This document shows positions 18,761 to 30,289 of a stretch of 64,000 nt of DNA, in pieces. This DNA is from Candidatus Binatia bacterium. GTDB taxonomy: Bacteria > Desulfobacterota > Binatia > UBA9968 > CAXXLF01. The translations under genes and the position numbers were made by a program. The DNA lies in the NCBI GenBank assembly GCA_963664015.2, contig CAXXLF010000002.1:832001-896000 (forward strand), read 5' to 3'. The notes beneath the pieces are model-generated. The model made no database searches, was not told the DNA's origin, and saw only the letters and a program-made list of their open reading frames with translations. Numbering within the stretch: the first letter of the stretch is position 1; each line of letters opens with the position of its first letter.

Positions 18761-21007
18761 TCAAGAATCGCCGAACGAGAAGATGAGCTTATCGTCCTTC
18801 TCATCGATCTCAACCTTGCCGCCGTTTTGAAGTTTCCCAAATAGGATCTCGTCAGCCAGTACCCGTTTAATCTCGGTCTGAATGACTCGAGCCATGGGCC
18901 TTGCCCCAAAAGCCGGGTCGTAGCCCTTTTTTGCCAGCCAACGGCGACCGGCCCCAGTCAGTTGCAGGTAGACCTTCTTTTCGTTGAGCTGGATATCGAG
19001 CTCCATAACAAATTTATCGACCACCCGTTCGATCACCTCTGGGCTCAGCGAGTGAAAGAAGACGGAGGCATCGAGACGGTTGCGGAATTCGGGGCTGAAC
19101 ATTTTTTCCATTGCCTCTTTGCCCTTACCCAGGTTGGTGGTCGTACCAAAACCCAGGGGGGCACCGCTCATTTCCCGCGAACCTGCATTGGTGGTCATGA
19201 TCAAGACGATGTTTCGAAAATCCGCCTTTTTACCATTGTTGTCTGTCAGCGTTGCATGATCCATCACCTGAAGCAGGATATTGAATAAATCCGGATGGGC
19301 TTTCTCAATCTCATCAAGCAAGAGCACCGCATAGGGGGTTTTGGTCACGGCGTCGGTCAGAAGTCCGCCCTGGTCAAATCCCACATAGCCCGGAGGGGCA
19401 CCGATAAGACGGGAGACCGTATGCTTTTCCATGTACTCACTCATGTCGAACCGGATAAATTCGACGCCCAACGTATGGGCAAGTTGTTTGGCCACTTCGG
19501 TCTTTCCCACACCGGTCGGACCGCAGAAGAGAAAACAGCCGATGGGCTTCTCCGGTTGGCCCAGTCCAGAGCGCGACAACTTAATGGCGCTAGCTACCAT
19601 ATCGATAGCCTCGTCCTGGCCAAAGACCGTCAGCTTGAGGTCCCGATCTAAATTGCTCAACTGTTCTTTATCGGATACGGACACACTGCGAGCTGGGATT
19701 TTTGCCATCGTGGCAATGATCTTTTCAATGTCTTTTGGGCCGATGATTTTTTTACGCTTTTCCGGCGGCAATACCTTAACCGATGCCCCAACCTCATCAA
19801 TGACGTCGATGGCCTTGTCCGGTAAACGCCGATCGTTGATGTGCTTTGCGGAAAGCTGCGCCGCCGTCCGTAAAGCCGGAGCACTATAAGTCACACCGTG
19901 GTGCTTCTCGTAGTGCCCCTTCAGGCCCTGGAGAATACGATAGGTTTCTTCGACGCTAGGCTCCGGGACTTCGATTCTCTGGAATCGGCGCGCCAGGGCC
20001 CGGTCCCGCTCGAAATAGCTCTTGTAGTCATGGTAAGTGGCAGAGCCAATGCATTTGAGCTGACCGGAAGAAAGGGCCGGCTTCAGGATATTCGATGCGT
20101 CCATGGAACTGCCGCTGGCGGCACCGGCACCGACAATGGTGTGGATCTCGTCGATAAAGAGGATCGACTCGGGTCGCTTCTTGAGCCCGTTCAAAACACC
20201 CTTTAGACGCGCCTCAAATTCACCTCGGAACTTGGTGCCCGCAAGTAAGGCCCCCATATCCAAGGCGTAAATGACAGCCCCCTTGAGTGCATCGGGCACC
20301 TTCTGCTGGTAGATCCTCAATGCGAGCCCCTCGGCAATGGCGGTTTTTCCCACTCCGGGATCGCCGACGTATATGGGGTTGTTTTTCCTCCTGCGACAAA
20401 GAATATGGATCGTTCGCTCGATCTCGTTGTCTCGTCCGATCAAGGGGTCGATTCGGCCTTGGCGCGCTTCTTCCACCAGGTTGACAGTAAAGGACTCAAG
20501 GGGGTCCCGTGACCGTCTCGGGCTTTCCTCCTCCTGCTCCTCGTCGTTTTCCAACTCCGGTGGCTCATCATCCGCAACCTTGGAGATTCCGTGGGAGACA
20601 AAGTTGATAACGTCGAAACGAGTGATGCCCTGCTTCTGGAGAAGATAAGCCGCATGGGACTCGGGTTCACGAAACAGTGCAGCCAGGATGTCACCACCAC
20701 GAATCTCGGACTTCTCGGCGGATTGGGCATGGAGGATGGCCCTTTGCAGGACCCGGTGAAAGCCAAGGGTTTCCTGGGGCTTGCGCTCCATAGGCTCGGG
20801 CAGCTTCTCTAGATGGCCCTCGAGAAACTCTTCCAGGTCTTTCCTTAATTGCTCCACATCGCCCCCGCACTGGACAATGGTACGTTTCGATTCCTCATCT
20901 TGCAGCAAGGCGAACAGCAGGTGCTCGATACAGACAAATTCATGACGGCGCTGTTTCGCTTCTTGAAATGCCAGTTTGAGGATCTTTTCGAGTTCCTTAG
21001 CAATCAT
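18761..21007 (-). CDS. clpA: ATP-dependent Clp protease ATP-binding subunit ClpA
   Basis: Two AAA+ modules ([16 protein letters not shown]), [25 protein letters not shown], 748 aa, downstream of clpS. Confidence 0.97.
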   Translation of the reverse strand: MIAKELEKILKLAFQEAKQRRHEFVCIEHLLFALLQDEESKRTIVQCGGDVEQLRKDLEEFLEGHLEKLPEPMERKPQETLGFHRVLQRAILHAQSAEKSEIRGGDILAALFREPESHAAYLLQKQGITRFDVINFVSHGISKVADDEPPELENDEEQEEESPRRSRDPLESFTVNLVEEARQGRIDPLIGRDNEIERTIHILCRRRKNNPIYVGDPGVGKTAIAEGLALRIYQQKVPDALKGAVIYALDMGALLAGTKFRGEFEARLKGVLNGLKKRPESILFIDEIHTIVGAGAASGSSMDASNILKPALSSGQLKCIGSATYHDYKSYFERDRALARRFQRIEVPEPSVEETYRILQGLKGHYEKHHGVTYSAPALRTAAQLSAKHINDRRLPDKAIDVIDEVGASVKVLPPEKRKKIIGPKDIEKIIATMAKIPARSVSVSDKEQLSNLDRDLKLTVFGQDEAIDMVASAIKLSRSGLGQPEKPIGCFLFCGPTGVGKTEVAKQLAHTLGVEFIRFDMSEYMEKHTVSRLIGAPPGYVGFDQGGLLTDAVTKTPYAVLLLDEIEKAHPDLFNILLQVMDHATLTDNNGKKADFRNIVLIMTTNAGSREMSGAPLGFGTTTNLGKGKEAMEKMFSPEFRNRLDASVFFHSLSPEVIERVVDKFVMELDIQLNEKKVYLQLTGAGRRWLAKKGYDPAFGARPMARVIQTEIKRVLADEILFGKLQNGGKVEIDEKDDKLIFSFGDS

Positions 21008-21008
21008 C

Positions 21009-21335
21009 TCAGGCCTCTTCCATAGTACATTTTAAAGGGTATTCATGCTGACGGGCGAGATCTTCCACCATAGAGACCTTAGTCTCGGCCACCTCGTATG
21101 TGTAGACACCAGCGATACCGAGGCCGTTTTGATGGACATGCAACATAATATGAATCGATTCCGTTTGATCTTTGTGGAAGACGTATTGGAGAATTTGAAC
21201 GACAAATTCCTTTGTCGTGTAATCGTCATTGTGCAAGAGGACCTTGTATAGAGGTGGTTTCTTGAGCTTTTTCTCGGTTTCCTTTTCGGTCTCAAGAACG
21301 ACCTCCCGATCAACAGCGCTCTCTTTACGGCTCAT
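21009..21335 (-). CDS. clpS: ClpA adaptor ClpS
   Basis: PPLYKVLLHNDDYTT.EFVV, IMLHVH..G, AETKV, YPLKCTME. Confidence 0.96.
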   Translation of the reverse strand: MSRKESAVDREVVLETEKETEKKLKKPPLYKVLLHNDDYTTKEFVVQILQYVFHKDQTESIHIMLHVHQNGLGIAGVYTYEVAETKVSMVEDLARQHEYPLKCTMEEA

Positions 21336-21427
21336 GGCTTGCTCTGATTGGCTTTCATTCTATTTTTACGAGATCGTCCGCACTTTGTCAAAGAGGAAAA
21401 AGCGTCCTTGATTAGAAGACCTGACGC

Positions 21428-21835
21428 CTATGATTTCTTCCATCGGACCGTTTTTTCCCGAACCGGAATACCGTCTCCGAGCAGGGTTCTTCCACCCTTT
21501 GGGAATCCCTTGGGGGGAACGGCGCCAACCACGGCAAATATCACGTCCCGTCGCGATTCGTTGCCGATGGCTCGATTCACCCTGGGTGAGACTCGAACAA
21601 CCGTCCCCTCGGGCATGGGATGACGCCGACCGTCGAGGATTATGGTCCCCGTCCCTTTCAGTGTCATGTAGACTTCTTCCTGGACCTTATGGCGGTGTAA
21701 GAAAGGCCCACCCTCCCCTGGTTTGAATCGAACGAGACTCATGCCCACTGCCTTGCAGTCCATCGGGCGAGAGAGAAAATGACGCCCCTTCACCTTGCTT
21801 AAAGGCAAGTATTGTTTTTTGTACTTGGTCTTCAT
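21428..21835 (-). CDS. Cupin domain protein
   Basis: PGEGGPFLHRHKVQEEVY..LKG motif. Confidence 0.82.
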   Translation of the reverse strand: MKTKYKKQYLPLSKVKGRHFLSRPMDCKAVGMSLVRFKPGEGGPFLHRHKVQEEVYMTLKGTGTIILDGRRHPMPEGTVVRVSPRVNRAIGNESRRDVIFAVVGAVPPKGFPKGGRTLLGDGIPVREKTVRWKKS

Positions 21836-21856
21836 GATGGGAGAACTCCTATGTTG

Positions 21857-22620
21857 TCAGTTATCCCGAGGGACCTGTCGTAACATGCCTTCGATATTGA
21901 GGGATAGATAATCTTTGTACCGGCTCCATTCCCTGTATTTTCCATCGTGATCGCCCGCTTGATCTCGGCTTCGGATTTACCCTGCCGCGCATAGGCAACG
22001 ACTTGGCCCCAGAGCTCTTCCATATAACCACGAAATGCTCGGACATCGGCTTTACCCCCTTTGGGCCCGTGGCCGGGGACTAGGGTTTCAAAATCCAGCG
22101 CCTCGACCCGTTTTAAAGATTCAATCCACGGGTCAATATAGGAGTCGCTCAGGTCCCGGTACGGGAGACTCTTCACCGGTATGAAATCCACTGCGAACAG
22201 GGTCTTTTGGGTGGGGAAGCGCATGACGATGGAATTATCCGAATAGTTTTTACGAACAATGGCCTCCTTGGCCTTCTCATGGGCGACGACAACGGCGGTA
22301 TCGGCAAAGACCTCACCACCCGAGATATGGTCCGCATGGTCATTACTAAAGATCAGGAACTTGACCGGCTGGGCAAAGCGACGGGTCAGCTCCCCCTTGA
22401 GCCAGCGGGCGGCTTCCTTGTTAACGGGATCCGTGGGGATGATGCTATCGGGGGTAACCAGAAAAACCGAATAGTGGAAATTGTTAGGAAAACGATACAG
22501 GTCCCCGGAGATCTGGGTGATCGCCCGCTCCGCCCTACTCTGCGCCAATCCAGCAGACGCGGTGACCAACTGCAGGCTGATAACGATCGCTGCGAGTAGT
22601 CTAGCGGGGTCTCTCACCAT
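21857..22620 (-). pseudogene. Secreted MBL-fold metallo-hydrolase, degraded
   Basis: Signal peptide; SNDHADH (HxHxDH altered); LVPGHG; apparent internal deletion after KEAIV; 1-bp loss near 21940, with the shifted frame giving KYREWSRYKDYLSLNIEGM..* at 21857. Confidence 0.65.
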
Positions 22621-22621
22621 T

Positions 22622-24316
22622 TCAACGATTTCCGTTGTGGGGGAATCCGGTCACCGCCCCATCGGCAGCGGAAGAGACGAGCATCGCATATTTGGCCATA
22701 ACACCACTGGTATAGTGCGGCGCCGGCGCGCTCCATTGGCCACGTCGAAATTGTAACTCCTTATCCGAGAGTTCGACATCCAGGCTCCGCCCCTCGACAT
22801 CAAAAATCACCATATCACCGTCGCGCAAAAGTGCGATAGGACCGCCGTTGGCAGCCTCCGGAGCCACATGGCCCGCCATAAGACCGTGGGTCGCACCGGA
22901 GAAACGACCGTCTGTAAGCAATGCCACCGAATCTCCCAGTCCTGCACCAACGAGGGCCGCCGTAACGGCGAGCATCTCCCTCATTCCTGGCCCCCCTTTG
23001 GGCCCTTCATAACGAATCACCACCACATCCTCTGCCTGGATTCGACCCGCCTGGACTGCCTCGAAGGCATCCTCTTCACGGTCAAAGACACGGGCGGGGC
23101 CGCGGTGCTTGATCCGCTCGTGGCCCGCTACCTTGATTACACATCCCTCGGGGGCGAGGTTGCCTTTCATAATCACCAGCCCGCCGGTGGACTTGAGCGG
23201 ATTCGAGAGTGGGCGAACAACCTCCTGGCCCGGTGTTTCTACTGCCTGCGATGCCTCCTCGCCGATGGTCCGGCCGGTTACCGTCATGGGTTGGCCGTTC
23301 AGCATTCCCCCCTCAAGGAGTCGACGTGCCACGAGCTGCATCCCACCGGCCTTGTAGAGGTCTGTCGCCACGAAACGTCCACCCGGTTTGAGATCTGCAA
23401 GGAGCGGAGTGCGATTGCTTACACGATCAAAATCCTCGATGGTCAGACCGATTCCAGCCTCACGTGCTACGGCCAGCAGGTGGAGAACCCCATTGGTAGA
23501 ACCTCCAGTGGCCGCGATGGCCGCGATGGCGTTTTCCAGGGCCGGCAGCGTGATGATATCTTTGGGAACCAGGTTCCATTCCAGCAGTTTCATAACCAAT
23601 TGACCGGCATTGAAGGCCTCATCGTCCTTGCGGGTGTCCATGGCTGGGACGCTCGCACTTCCCATGGGCGAGATGCCCATCAGCTCGAAGGCCGTGGCCA
23701 TCGTGTTGGCGGTGAATTGCCCCCCACAGGCCCCCGGGCCCGGACAGGTTTGTCCCTCGAGCTCTTTTAAATCACTATCCGTCATTTTGCCGGCTGCGTG
23801 TGCCCCGACCGCTTCAAAGACATCCTGAATCGTCACATCCTTCCCACGGAAGCTTCCCGGCATAATAGACCCGCCGTAGAGCATCAGGGAAGGGATATTT
23901 AAACGGGCTAGCGCCATCACCGTGCCTGGGATCGTCTTATCACAACCGGAAAGCGCCACTACGGCATCAAAGAGGTGACCACGGACCACAAGCTCGATAG
24001 AATCGGCTATCACCTCACGACTGACCAGTGACGCCTTCATCCCCTCGGTGCCCATAGTGATACCGTCAGAAACGGCTATCGTATTGAACTCGATGGGCGT
24101 TCCTCCAGCGGCGCGGATCCCCTCTTTAACCTTTGCCGACAGACGCCGCAGGTGATAGTTGCACGGCATCACTTCGATCCACGTATTGGCCACCCCAACG
24201 AGCGGGCGGGCAAGGTCTTCATCCGTAAAGCCGATCCCCTTGAGCATGGCCCGGGCCGGAGCTCGATCGGGTCCATCGGTGATCATGCGGCTGCGCTCTT
24301 TGAGGTTGTGCGCCAT
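22622..24316 (-). CDS. ilvD: Dihydroxy-acid dehydratase
   Basis: [61 protein letters not shown]. Confidence 0.97.
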   Translation of the reverse strand: MAHNLKERSRMITDGPDRAPARAMLKGIGFTDEDLARPLVGVANTWIEVMPCNYHLRRLSAKVKEGIRAAGGTPIEFNTIAVSDGITMGTEGMKASLVSREVIADSIELVVRGHLFDAVVALSGCDKTIPGTVMALARLNIPSLMLYGGSIMPGSFRGKDVTIQDVFEAVGAHAAGKMTDSDLKELEGQTCPGPGACGGQFTANTMATAFELMGISPMGSASVPAMDTRKDDEAFNAGQLVMKLLEWNLVPKDIITLPALENAIAAIAATGGSTNGVLHLLAVAREAGIGLTIEDFDRVSNRTPLLADLKPGGRFVATDLYKAGGMQLVARRLLEGGMLNGQPMTVTGRTIGEEASQAVETPGQEVVRPLSNPLKSTGGLVIMKGNLAPEGCVIKVAGHERIKHRGPARVFDREEDAFEAVQAGRIQAEDVVVIRYEGPKGGPGMREMLAVTAALVGAGLGDSVALLTDGRFSGATHGLMAGHVAPEAANGGPIALLRDGDMVIFDVEGRSLDVELSDKELQFRRGQWSAPAPHYTSGVMAKYAMLVSSAADGAVTGFPHNGNR

Positions 24317-24337
24317 TCTTCGTTCCCCCTTAGTCTT

Positions 24338-25360
24338 CTAAGCTGATTCGTCCAACCACATGAGCTTGGCCGGATTGTCCTTGAGCATCATCCGAATCTG
24401 TTCCGGTTGGATCCCATACGCAAGCAGCGCGCGGAGAAACACTCGCATACCATCGATGGCATCCATATGCAGCACCTGGCCGAAGTCGCTTCCTATAATA
24501 CAGCGCTCGGGACCGATCGCCTGGATCGTCCGTATGGTCTCCATAGGATCCGCCACCGGTTGATAGAGGCTGGGGATCATAGGTTGACAATAGGTACCCA
24601 CATAAACACCGAGGTCGGCCAACTCCTTCATTTCATCAAGCAAAAGCTTATTGAGTTCCAGCAGCGGATGATCCAGGGTAGCACGAACACCCAACTCCCT
24701 TGCCAATTTGGCGAGCGGAAGTAGTTCCGGAAAATCCGTGTGGCCGAAGCCAACCCCGACCTTACGCTCGGCGGCCATCTTCATGATCTCCACCACGTCA
24801 GGCAGCACCTGCCCGTCCTCGCCGACCAATTTCACGCCTGCCTTCTCAGGATGGCCGGCACTACGCCAGAATCCATAGGAAGTAAAGGTGGGGAACCAGA
24901 TCATCTTGAAATTGGGGTACTGGAGGGCCACGCGAATGTACTCGGGGTTCATTCCATGACATGTCCCGGCTCCACCATAGACCTCGACACGGCGCTCAAG
25001 CTCTCCTCGTTCTACCAGGGAGTCGACATGGCGCTGGACAAGGTAGGCAGCGCTACAGCTGATATTCCAATGGTCCTTGAAGGCTACGGCACGCATTCCG
25101 GATTTGGAGGCTTCGATGGCGACTTGAATCATATCCTGGGACCGTTGGACAAAATCCGGATAGGCGTGGATATGGCAATCAATAGCCCCTTGCAAGAACT
25201 CATTTTCGATCCCCGGATAGATCTTAAGCATCTCCGGGTTATCCTTGAGCATCTGATAAAAATAATCCTTGGCATTGAGTTGACGGACCCGTTCCACACT
25301 GAGAGTACGCCCAACCATCAATTCGGCTGCTGCAGCGGCATCGGCGGCAAAATCACACAT
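24338..25360 (-). CDS. Amidohydrolase-superfamily TIM-barrel protein (DUF6282-like)
   Basis: GAIDCHIHAYPD, AVAFKDH, IWFPT, GHT, DHP, GSDFGQ, KDNPAKL. Confidence 0.75.
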   Translation of the reverse strand: MCDFAADAAAAAELMVGRTLSVERVRQLNAKDYFYQMLKDNPEMLKIYPGIENEFLQGAIDCHIHAYPDFVQRSQDMIQVAIEASKSGMRAVAFKDHWNISCSAAYLVQRHVDSLVERGELERRVEVYGGAGTCHGMNPEYIRVALQYPNFKMIWFPTFTSYGFWRSAGHPEKAGVKLVGEDGQVLPDVVEIMKMAAERKVGVGFGHTDFPELLPLAKLARELGVRATLDHPLLELNKLLLDEMKELADLGVYVGTYCQPMIPSLYQPVADPMETIRTIQAIGPERCIIGSDFGQVLHMDAIDGMRVFLRALLAYGIQPEQIRMMLKDNPAKLMWLDESA

Positions 25361-25636
25361 GCGACCATTCCCCTTTCAGAAGACTAATCTCGGTTTATGG
25401 CCGCTTCAGAGAAATCAATTCCTCTCTAGCGTCCTCCATCGGCGTAGCAAAATCGCTGTATAAAATCTAGAGCCATTAACCGGCCACCGCCATCTACCTC
25501 AAAAAGGGGTAGGTGGTCGGCTAGGCTTGCAGGAGTTCAGACCGCCTCGCTCCCTACCTTTTGCCCCCTTACCTATTGAATTAACCATCAGGATCATATT
25601 AGTTTGTCCTCAAAACCCACGGTAGGAGGTCGGAAT

Positions 25637-26656
25637 ATGCCCACCATCGATGCGGACGCGCATGTCATCGAAACCGAGCGCACATGGGAATTCATGGACG
25701 AATCGGAGAGTCGATTCAGACCGGTTACGGTCGCGTCCACGACGGACTCGGGGAAGCAGCATTGGCTCATCGACGGTAAGGTCTTTAACCGTGGCAGCAA
25801 TGTGGGGAAAGACACCTCGGAGGCCTCACGGGAAATGAAGGATATCGAGGCAAGATTGAGGCACATGGACGAGTTGGGCATCGACGTTCAGGTCCTTTAC
25901 CCTTCCATGTTCCTTAGACCCATGACCAATCGCCCCGAAGTCGAACGGGCCCTGTGCAAAAGCTATAACCGCTGGCTTTCTGAGATCTACAGAAAGGGGG
26001 AGAAACGCCTGCACTGGGCAGCCATCCTCCCCCTCCTCAAAATTGATTACGCCTTAACAGAGCTCAAGTGGGCCAAGGACAATGGCGCTTGTGCTATCTT
26101 TACCCGCGCCATCCCGGAGGACCGGCTTCTCACGGACGCCTATTTTTACCCGCTTTACGAGGAAGCGAGCAGACTCAATATCCCTGTTTGCGTCCACGCC
26201 TCCACCGGAAGCTTCGACTGGAACGGGGTTTTCGAGCGGGAAATCGGTTTCGGAAAATTCAAGCTACCCGTGGTTTCGAGCTTCCACTCCATCGTCTACG
26301 AAGGTCTCATGGAGCGGTTCCCAAAACTCAAATTCGGATTCATTGAGGTGAGTGCTCAATGGGTGCCTTACGCTATTCACGACCTCAACAAACGGTTTGA
26401 AAGGAAAGGCGCACACCTCAGCCCGGACTTCATGCGGGAGATGCGGCTTTATGTGGCCTGTCAGACCGATGACGACCTTGCCTATATCCTCAAGTACTCG
26501 GGAGAGGACAATATACTCATCGGCTCCGACTATGGGCATGCAGACACGGCCACAGAAATCGAGGCCCTACGCAGTCTAAAACAGAAGGGCGAAGTTCCAG
26601 CTACGGCTATCGGAAAGATACTGGCCGATAATCCGAGCGCCCTATATAACCTCTAA
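25637..26656 (+). CDS. Amidohydrolase_2 family protein (ACMSD/LigJ-like)
   Basis: IDADAHVIE, MDELGIDVQVLYPS, YNRWL, VCVH, GSDYGHAD, DNPSALY; GGAGGT SD. Confidence 0.9.
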   Translation: MPTIDADAHVIETERTWEFMDESESRFRPVTVASTTDSGKQHWLIDGKVFNRGSNVGKDTSEASREMKDIEARLRHMDELGIDVQVLYPSMFLRPMTNRPEVERALCKSYNRWLSEIYRKGEKRLHWAAILPLLKIDYALTELKWAKDNGACAIFTRAIPEDRLLTDAYFYPLYEEASRLNIPVCVHASTGSFDWNGVFEREIGFGKFKLPVVSSFHSIVYEGLMERFPKLKFGFIEVSAQWVPYAIHDLNKRFERKGAHLSPDFMREMRLYVACQTDDDLAYILKYSGEDNILIGSDYGHADTATEIEALRSLKQKGEVPATAIGKILADNPSALYNL

Positions 26657-27810
26657 TCGGGTTTTTACCGTTGCGTACACCCACACGAAACCCGAACCGC
26701 CGGGCCACAAGGGCGACTCCAACCGTCATGGCAATCATCACAAGACTTACGATGCCTGCAGCCTCCAGCTCGGCCCCATTCGAATGGGTCATCAGTTCCA
26801 ACGCAAGGATTGAGAGTGTCACTATTCCACGGCTGGCCAAAAGGATGATGCCGCTCGTCGCCTGCGCTGCCAGGACGAAATTAAACGCCCCTACCAGGAC
26901 CAATATTGGCATGATCAGCGGGAGACAGATTCTAAAGTAAGTCCGCCACCAACCAGCCCCGGATAGCCTTGAGGCCTCTTCCAGCTCTTCTCCCATCTGG
27001 AGGAATATCCCCTTAAACAACTGGGCACTGGTCATTTTACCCTGTAGTAACGTCACCAGGATCAGCGCCCAGATCGTACCGAAGATGGGCTTCAACAACG
27101 GTGGCCCCAGGAATAGCCAGAGCAAGCCCAAGCCGGCCAGGATACCGGGGATCGAGGCGGACATCCAGAATAGGGAATCCAAAATGCCCCGCATATGCCA
27201 TTTAGTGCGCACGAGCACGTAAGCGACAATGGAGAACAGCAAGGGAGAAATCAAGGCGGTGCTGCTGCTTAACAGGACCGTGTTCTTCAGTGCCTGGAGA
27301 AGAAACCGATCCTGGAGCACCTCTCGCCAATGGTGGAGGCTCCATACGGTGTTGAGTTGGAAGAAGCCGACCCGGGTCATGAAGCTCCCTCAAACCAATA
27401 TCAACACGGGGACTACGGTAAGAAAAACAACCACAGATATGACCAATCCGGTCGCTATTGGCTGAAACCATCCCAAGTGAATCAACCCCGGTTTATACGC
27501 CTAAGTCACCGTGGTGTATTGACGTCGCTGCAGAAGCCAGCGCTGCACTGGGATGATGGCGGCGATGAGAATGATGGTGACACTGGCTAGGGCCGTTGCC
27601 TGCCCATACTGGGGCGGATCAAAATCCCGAATCTGCTGAAAGATCTTGGTGGAGTATACGAAAAAACCAATAGACGTGCCCAGGATTCTTTCGGTCTCAA
27701 AACTCTGGAAGACGCGGACCACGTTTAACATGAGAACGACCATCATGTATGGGATCATCACGGGCAGGAGTACCCTCATCATGGTGCCGAAAGTGGTTGC
27801 CCCGATGCAA
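26607..27810 (-). pseudogene. Fe3+/thiamine-type ABC permease, 5'-deleted, with internal stops
   Basis: ELEEASRLSGA EAA loop, multiple TM segments; in-frame TAG 27501-27503 and TGA 27390-27392. Confidence 0.82.
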
Positions 27811-28248
27811 AACCACCATTGCTCCTGTCCCACGCGTTTTTCTTGAGGACCTCGGGATGAATCAAAAGGGGCGTGATGGGTTCGATAACTTTGGCAGGGA
27901 TGAGCCGAGTATTGGCATAGGTAATGCCGCCCATCCAAACATCAAGGATAAAGCGACCGGCTCATCGCTCGGCCAGGCCCCGGTCCGACTGCTGCCGGGA
28001 GGACCCAGTGGAAGACACGACCTTGATCTTGTACTTGTCCTCAAACTGCCCGATAAGCTTCCACACCCCACGACCGATACCACAGCAGATAAACGCAACG
28101 ACCTTTTCTTCTTTTTGGGCCTTCTTGAGTAGCTTTGCCCACTTTTCATCAAACAAACCTTGCTGGGTAAATCCTGCTGTGGGTGCGGCCAATAAGACCA
28201 CAAGGCCTGTAAGAATAGCGCAGAAATTTATTAATCGTCGTAGCTTCT
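27811..28248 (-). pseudogene. ABC substrate-binding protein N-terminal remnant fused by deletion to the permease
   Basis: Signal peptide then WAKLLKKAQKEEKVV..FEDKYKIKV...LAER*AGRFILDVW; AAGGAG SD but AAG where ATG is expected; TGA at 27962. Confidence 0.7.
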
Positions 28249-28269
28249 TTTTTTTCTCCTTATAAGACT

Positions 28270-29490
28270 CTATTTTGCCTGGTCGACAGATGTGCTGCCG
28301 AGTGGAGCGAGCTCTCGAATTCCGCCCTTCTTCACTTCCGGAGCCCGATCGGCCCTCGTCTGTTCCAGTCCACTGTCAATGTTGGTATCGATTATGGGTT
28401 GATTGGGATCCCGTGAAAATCCATGTATGGGGTCAAGCCCGGCTTGTACCCTTTCGATGTTCTCTTTCAACATCTCCCTTAGCATCACGATCCCTTTGTC
28501 CGAGGTGGCCAGGCGCTCTTTGGTTCGGTCAGCAACGGGTCCCTGGGTTTCCCAGGCCATATGATCCTGCGGAATTACGTGATGCAGGGTATACTTTGTA
28601 TAGGGATGAATCTGATTGGCCGGCTCCTTGTATGGCTCCTTGTACTCCACCGGTGGGTCTTCCGAATCAACGACGGGCTCGCCGTTAGTCGGAATGTTAA
28701 ACATCACGTGAATATGCATGGTATGCTCGTCATCGATGGGTACACGAATCTGGGTGCTTGCCCCTTGTCTAAGAATATTGGGGAAGATTACGGGATGTTC
28801 ATCCAACATGCCATTTTTATAAAGCCGTTTTTTGATAATGCCGTAGGGGACCGTATAAAATTCGAAATTGTCAACGTCATCGATAAATCCCCGGGTCGTG
28901 CTCTTTGGTTTTCTCCCTTTCCTACCGGCAAATTCTTGATGAAGAACCTGCAGATGTGATGGATCCGCAGAGTTCTCCATGGCCTGCAACCAATTGCAGT
29001 CCAACTGAGGGTGAACCACGATCTTGCGGTTACCGTCGATACGGAACAACGTATCGTACTTCGGGATCTGGGGGGCGGGCTCAGGGCCCATGTAGGCCCA
29101 GTAGAGGCCCACGAGCTTCTGTACGGGATAGGCCTTTTGTTTGATTGTAAGCCGGAACTTGCTCTCCGCAGGTTCGGGTGGAGTTTCTAAACAATTCCCC
29201 TGCGTGTCATAGAGCCAACCGTGATAGGCGCAGGCGATACCCCGCTCTTCGACCCGACCATAAACAAGCGACGCGCCACGATGGGCACAGCGGTCTTCCA
29301 GGAGCCCCACGCGACCTTTCTTATCCCTGAAAAGAACCAGGTTTTCACCCATGATCCGGACAAACTTGGTCGGGTTTTCCTCGGTCAGTTCCTTGGCGAC
29401 GGCGACCGGTTGCCAGTAACGGCGCAGTAGCTCTCCGGCTGGCTGGCCCGGTCCGACCCGAGTTAGGAAGTTGTTCATCGCTTGAGTCAT
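28270..29490 (-). CDS. Rieske non-heme iron oxygenase alpha subunit, phthalate 4,5-dioxygenase-like family
   Basis: LTRVGPG.PAGELLRRYWQP, CAHRGASL..CAYHGW, NWLQAMENSADPSHLQVLH, RVPIDD, QDHMAWETQG, ERL..SD.GI. Confidence 0.9.
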   Translation of the reverse strand: MTQAMNNFLTRVGPGQPAGELLRRYWQPVAVAKELTEENPTKFVRIMGENLVLFRDKKGRVGLLEDRCAHRGASLVYGRVEERGIACAYHGWLYDTQGNCLETPPEPAESKFRLTIKQKAYPVQKLVGLYWAYMGPEPAPQIPKYDTLFRIDGNRKIVVHPQLDCNWLQAMENSADPSHLQVLHQEFAGRKGRKPKSTTRGFIDDVDNFEFYTVPYGIIKKRLYKNGMLDEHPVIFPNILRQGASTQIRVPIDDEHTMHIHVMFNIPTNGEPVVDSEDPPVEYKEPYKEPANQIHPYTKYTLHHVIPQDHMAWETQGPVADRTKERLATSDKGIVMLREMLKENIERVQAGLDPIHGFSRDPNQPIIDTNIDSGLEQTRADRAPEVKKGGIRELAPLGSTSVDQAK

Positions 29491-29576
29491 TTGCACTGTG
29501 TTGTCTCCTTTTTTCATTCCAGGCGAATTTGAGAATCCATCCGCCCTCTGCCATCCATTCCTGTCTTCTTGGCTGA

Positions 29577-29705
29577 AATGAAGCCTCCGCGGGCTTTCGC
29601 CCGTGATATCCTTCCTTCATCTATGGGCTTACCCTGCCCTTCCTGCCTTCGTAGTCGCAGGCTACTACGGTGGAGTATGCCGCGCATGGTCTTCTGCGAA
29701 GGCGA
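29577..29705. mobile_element. Degenerate palindromic MITE/REP-like element (IS200/IS605-end-like hairpin)
   Basis: AATGAAGCCTCCGCGGGCTTTCGCCCGTG ... CTTCTGCGAAGGCG with internal CGTAGT/ACTACG hairpin; no transposase. Confidence 0.45.
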
Positions 29706-29947
29706 ACAAAAAAAGCCAGCAAAGCTTTACCTCGATTGGAAAAGCAGCTGACTCGTTCTGGATTTACTTATCTCTCCCTCCCGTAAACCTTTCAGGCCCC
29801 CTTGTCAGGCCTCAGGTATCGTTGCAAGGATTCTTCCAGGCGCGGATCAGTCGGGTTTGATAGGCGCACTATGATACACATAGGGAACTCTGTCAAGAGA
29901 GGCTTGGCTCTTTCAAAATAGCAAGCTAAAAGCCCAAAAAGCATAAC

Positions 29948-30289
29948 TTAACTGAGCACCCCGTCCTCATGCCAGCGGGTTATCGTCGCTTCGTCGTATT
30001 CCAATACGGCACGGAGGATGGAATCCGTGTCATGACCCAGAGGGGATGGCAGGCTTAACAGATCATCGGCCATGCCTTGGAAGTTCAACGCACTGCGGGG
30101 CGCCTCGAAGGGCTCGATGGGCGATTGGGAAAACGGTAGTTCCGCGCGCAAGGGATCGCCTTCGGGTGGTTCCACTTTGACCACGTCCATTCCGAGATCG
30201 CGCAGAAGTCTGCCGCATAGCGCCCCCATACCTGCACAGAGGTCCAGAACCCGCAAGCCTGGAAGTAGCCTGGAGAATGAAGCTTCCAT
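29948..30289 (-). pseudogene. Class III CoA-transferase remnant (N- and C-termini joined)
   Basis: LPGLRVLDL..MGALCGRLLRDLGMDVVKVEPPEGDPLR joined directly to ...PLGHDTDSILRAVL...HEDGVL; only 113 aa. Confidence 0.8.

Noticed and set aside
22868-23770. Long antisense ORFs (also 8235-9101, 39240-40136, 55151-55876, 61786-62505, 63235-63969)
   Set aside because: They are shadows of well-supported genes on the opposite strand in GC-rich DNA, with no recognisable motifs.
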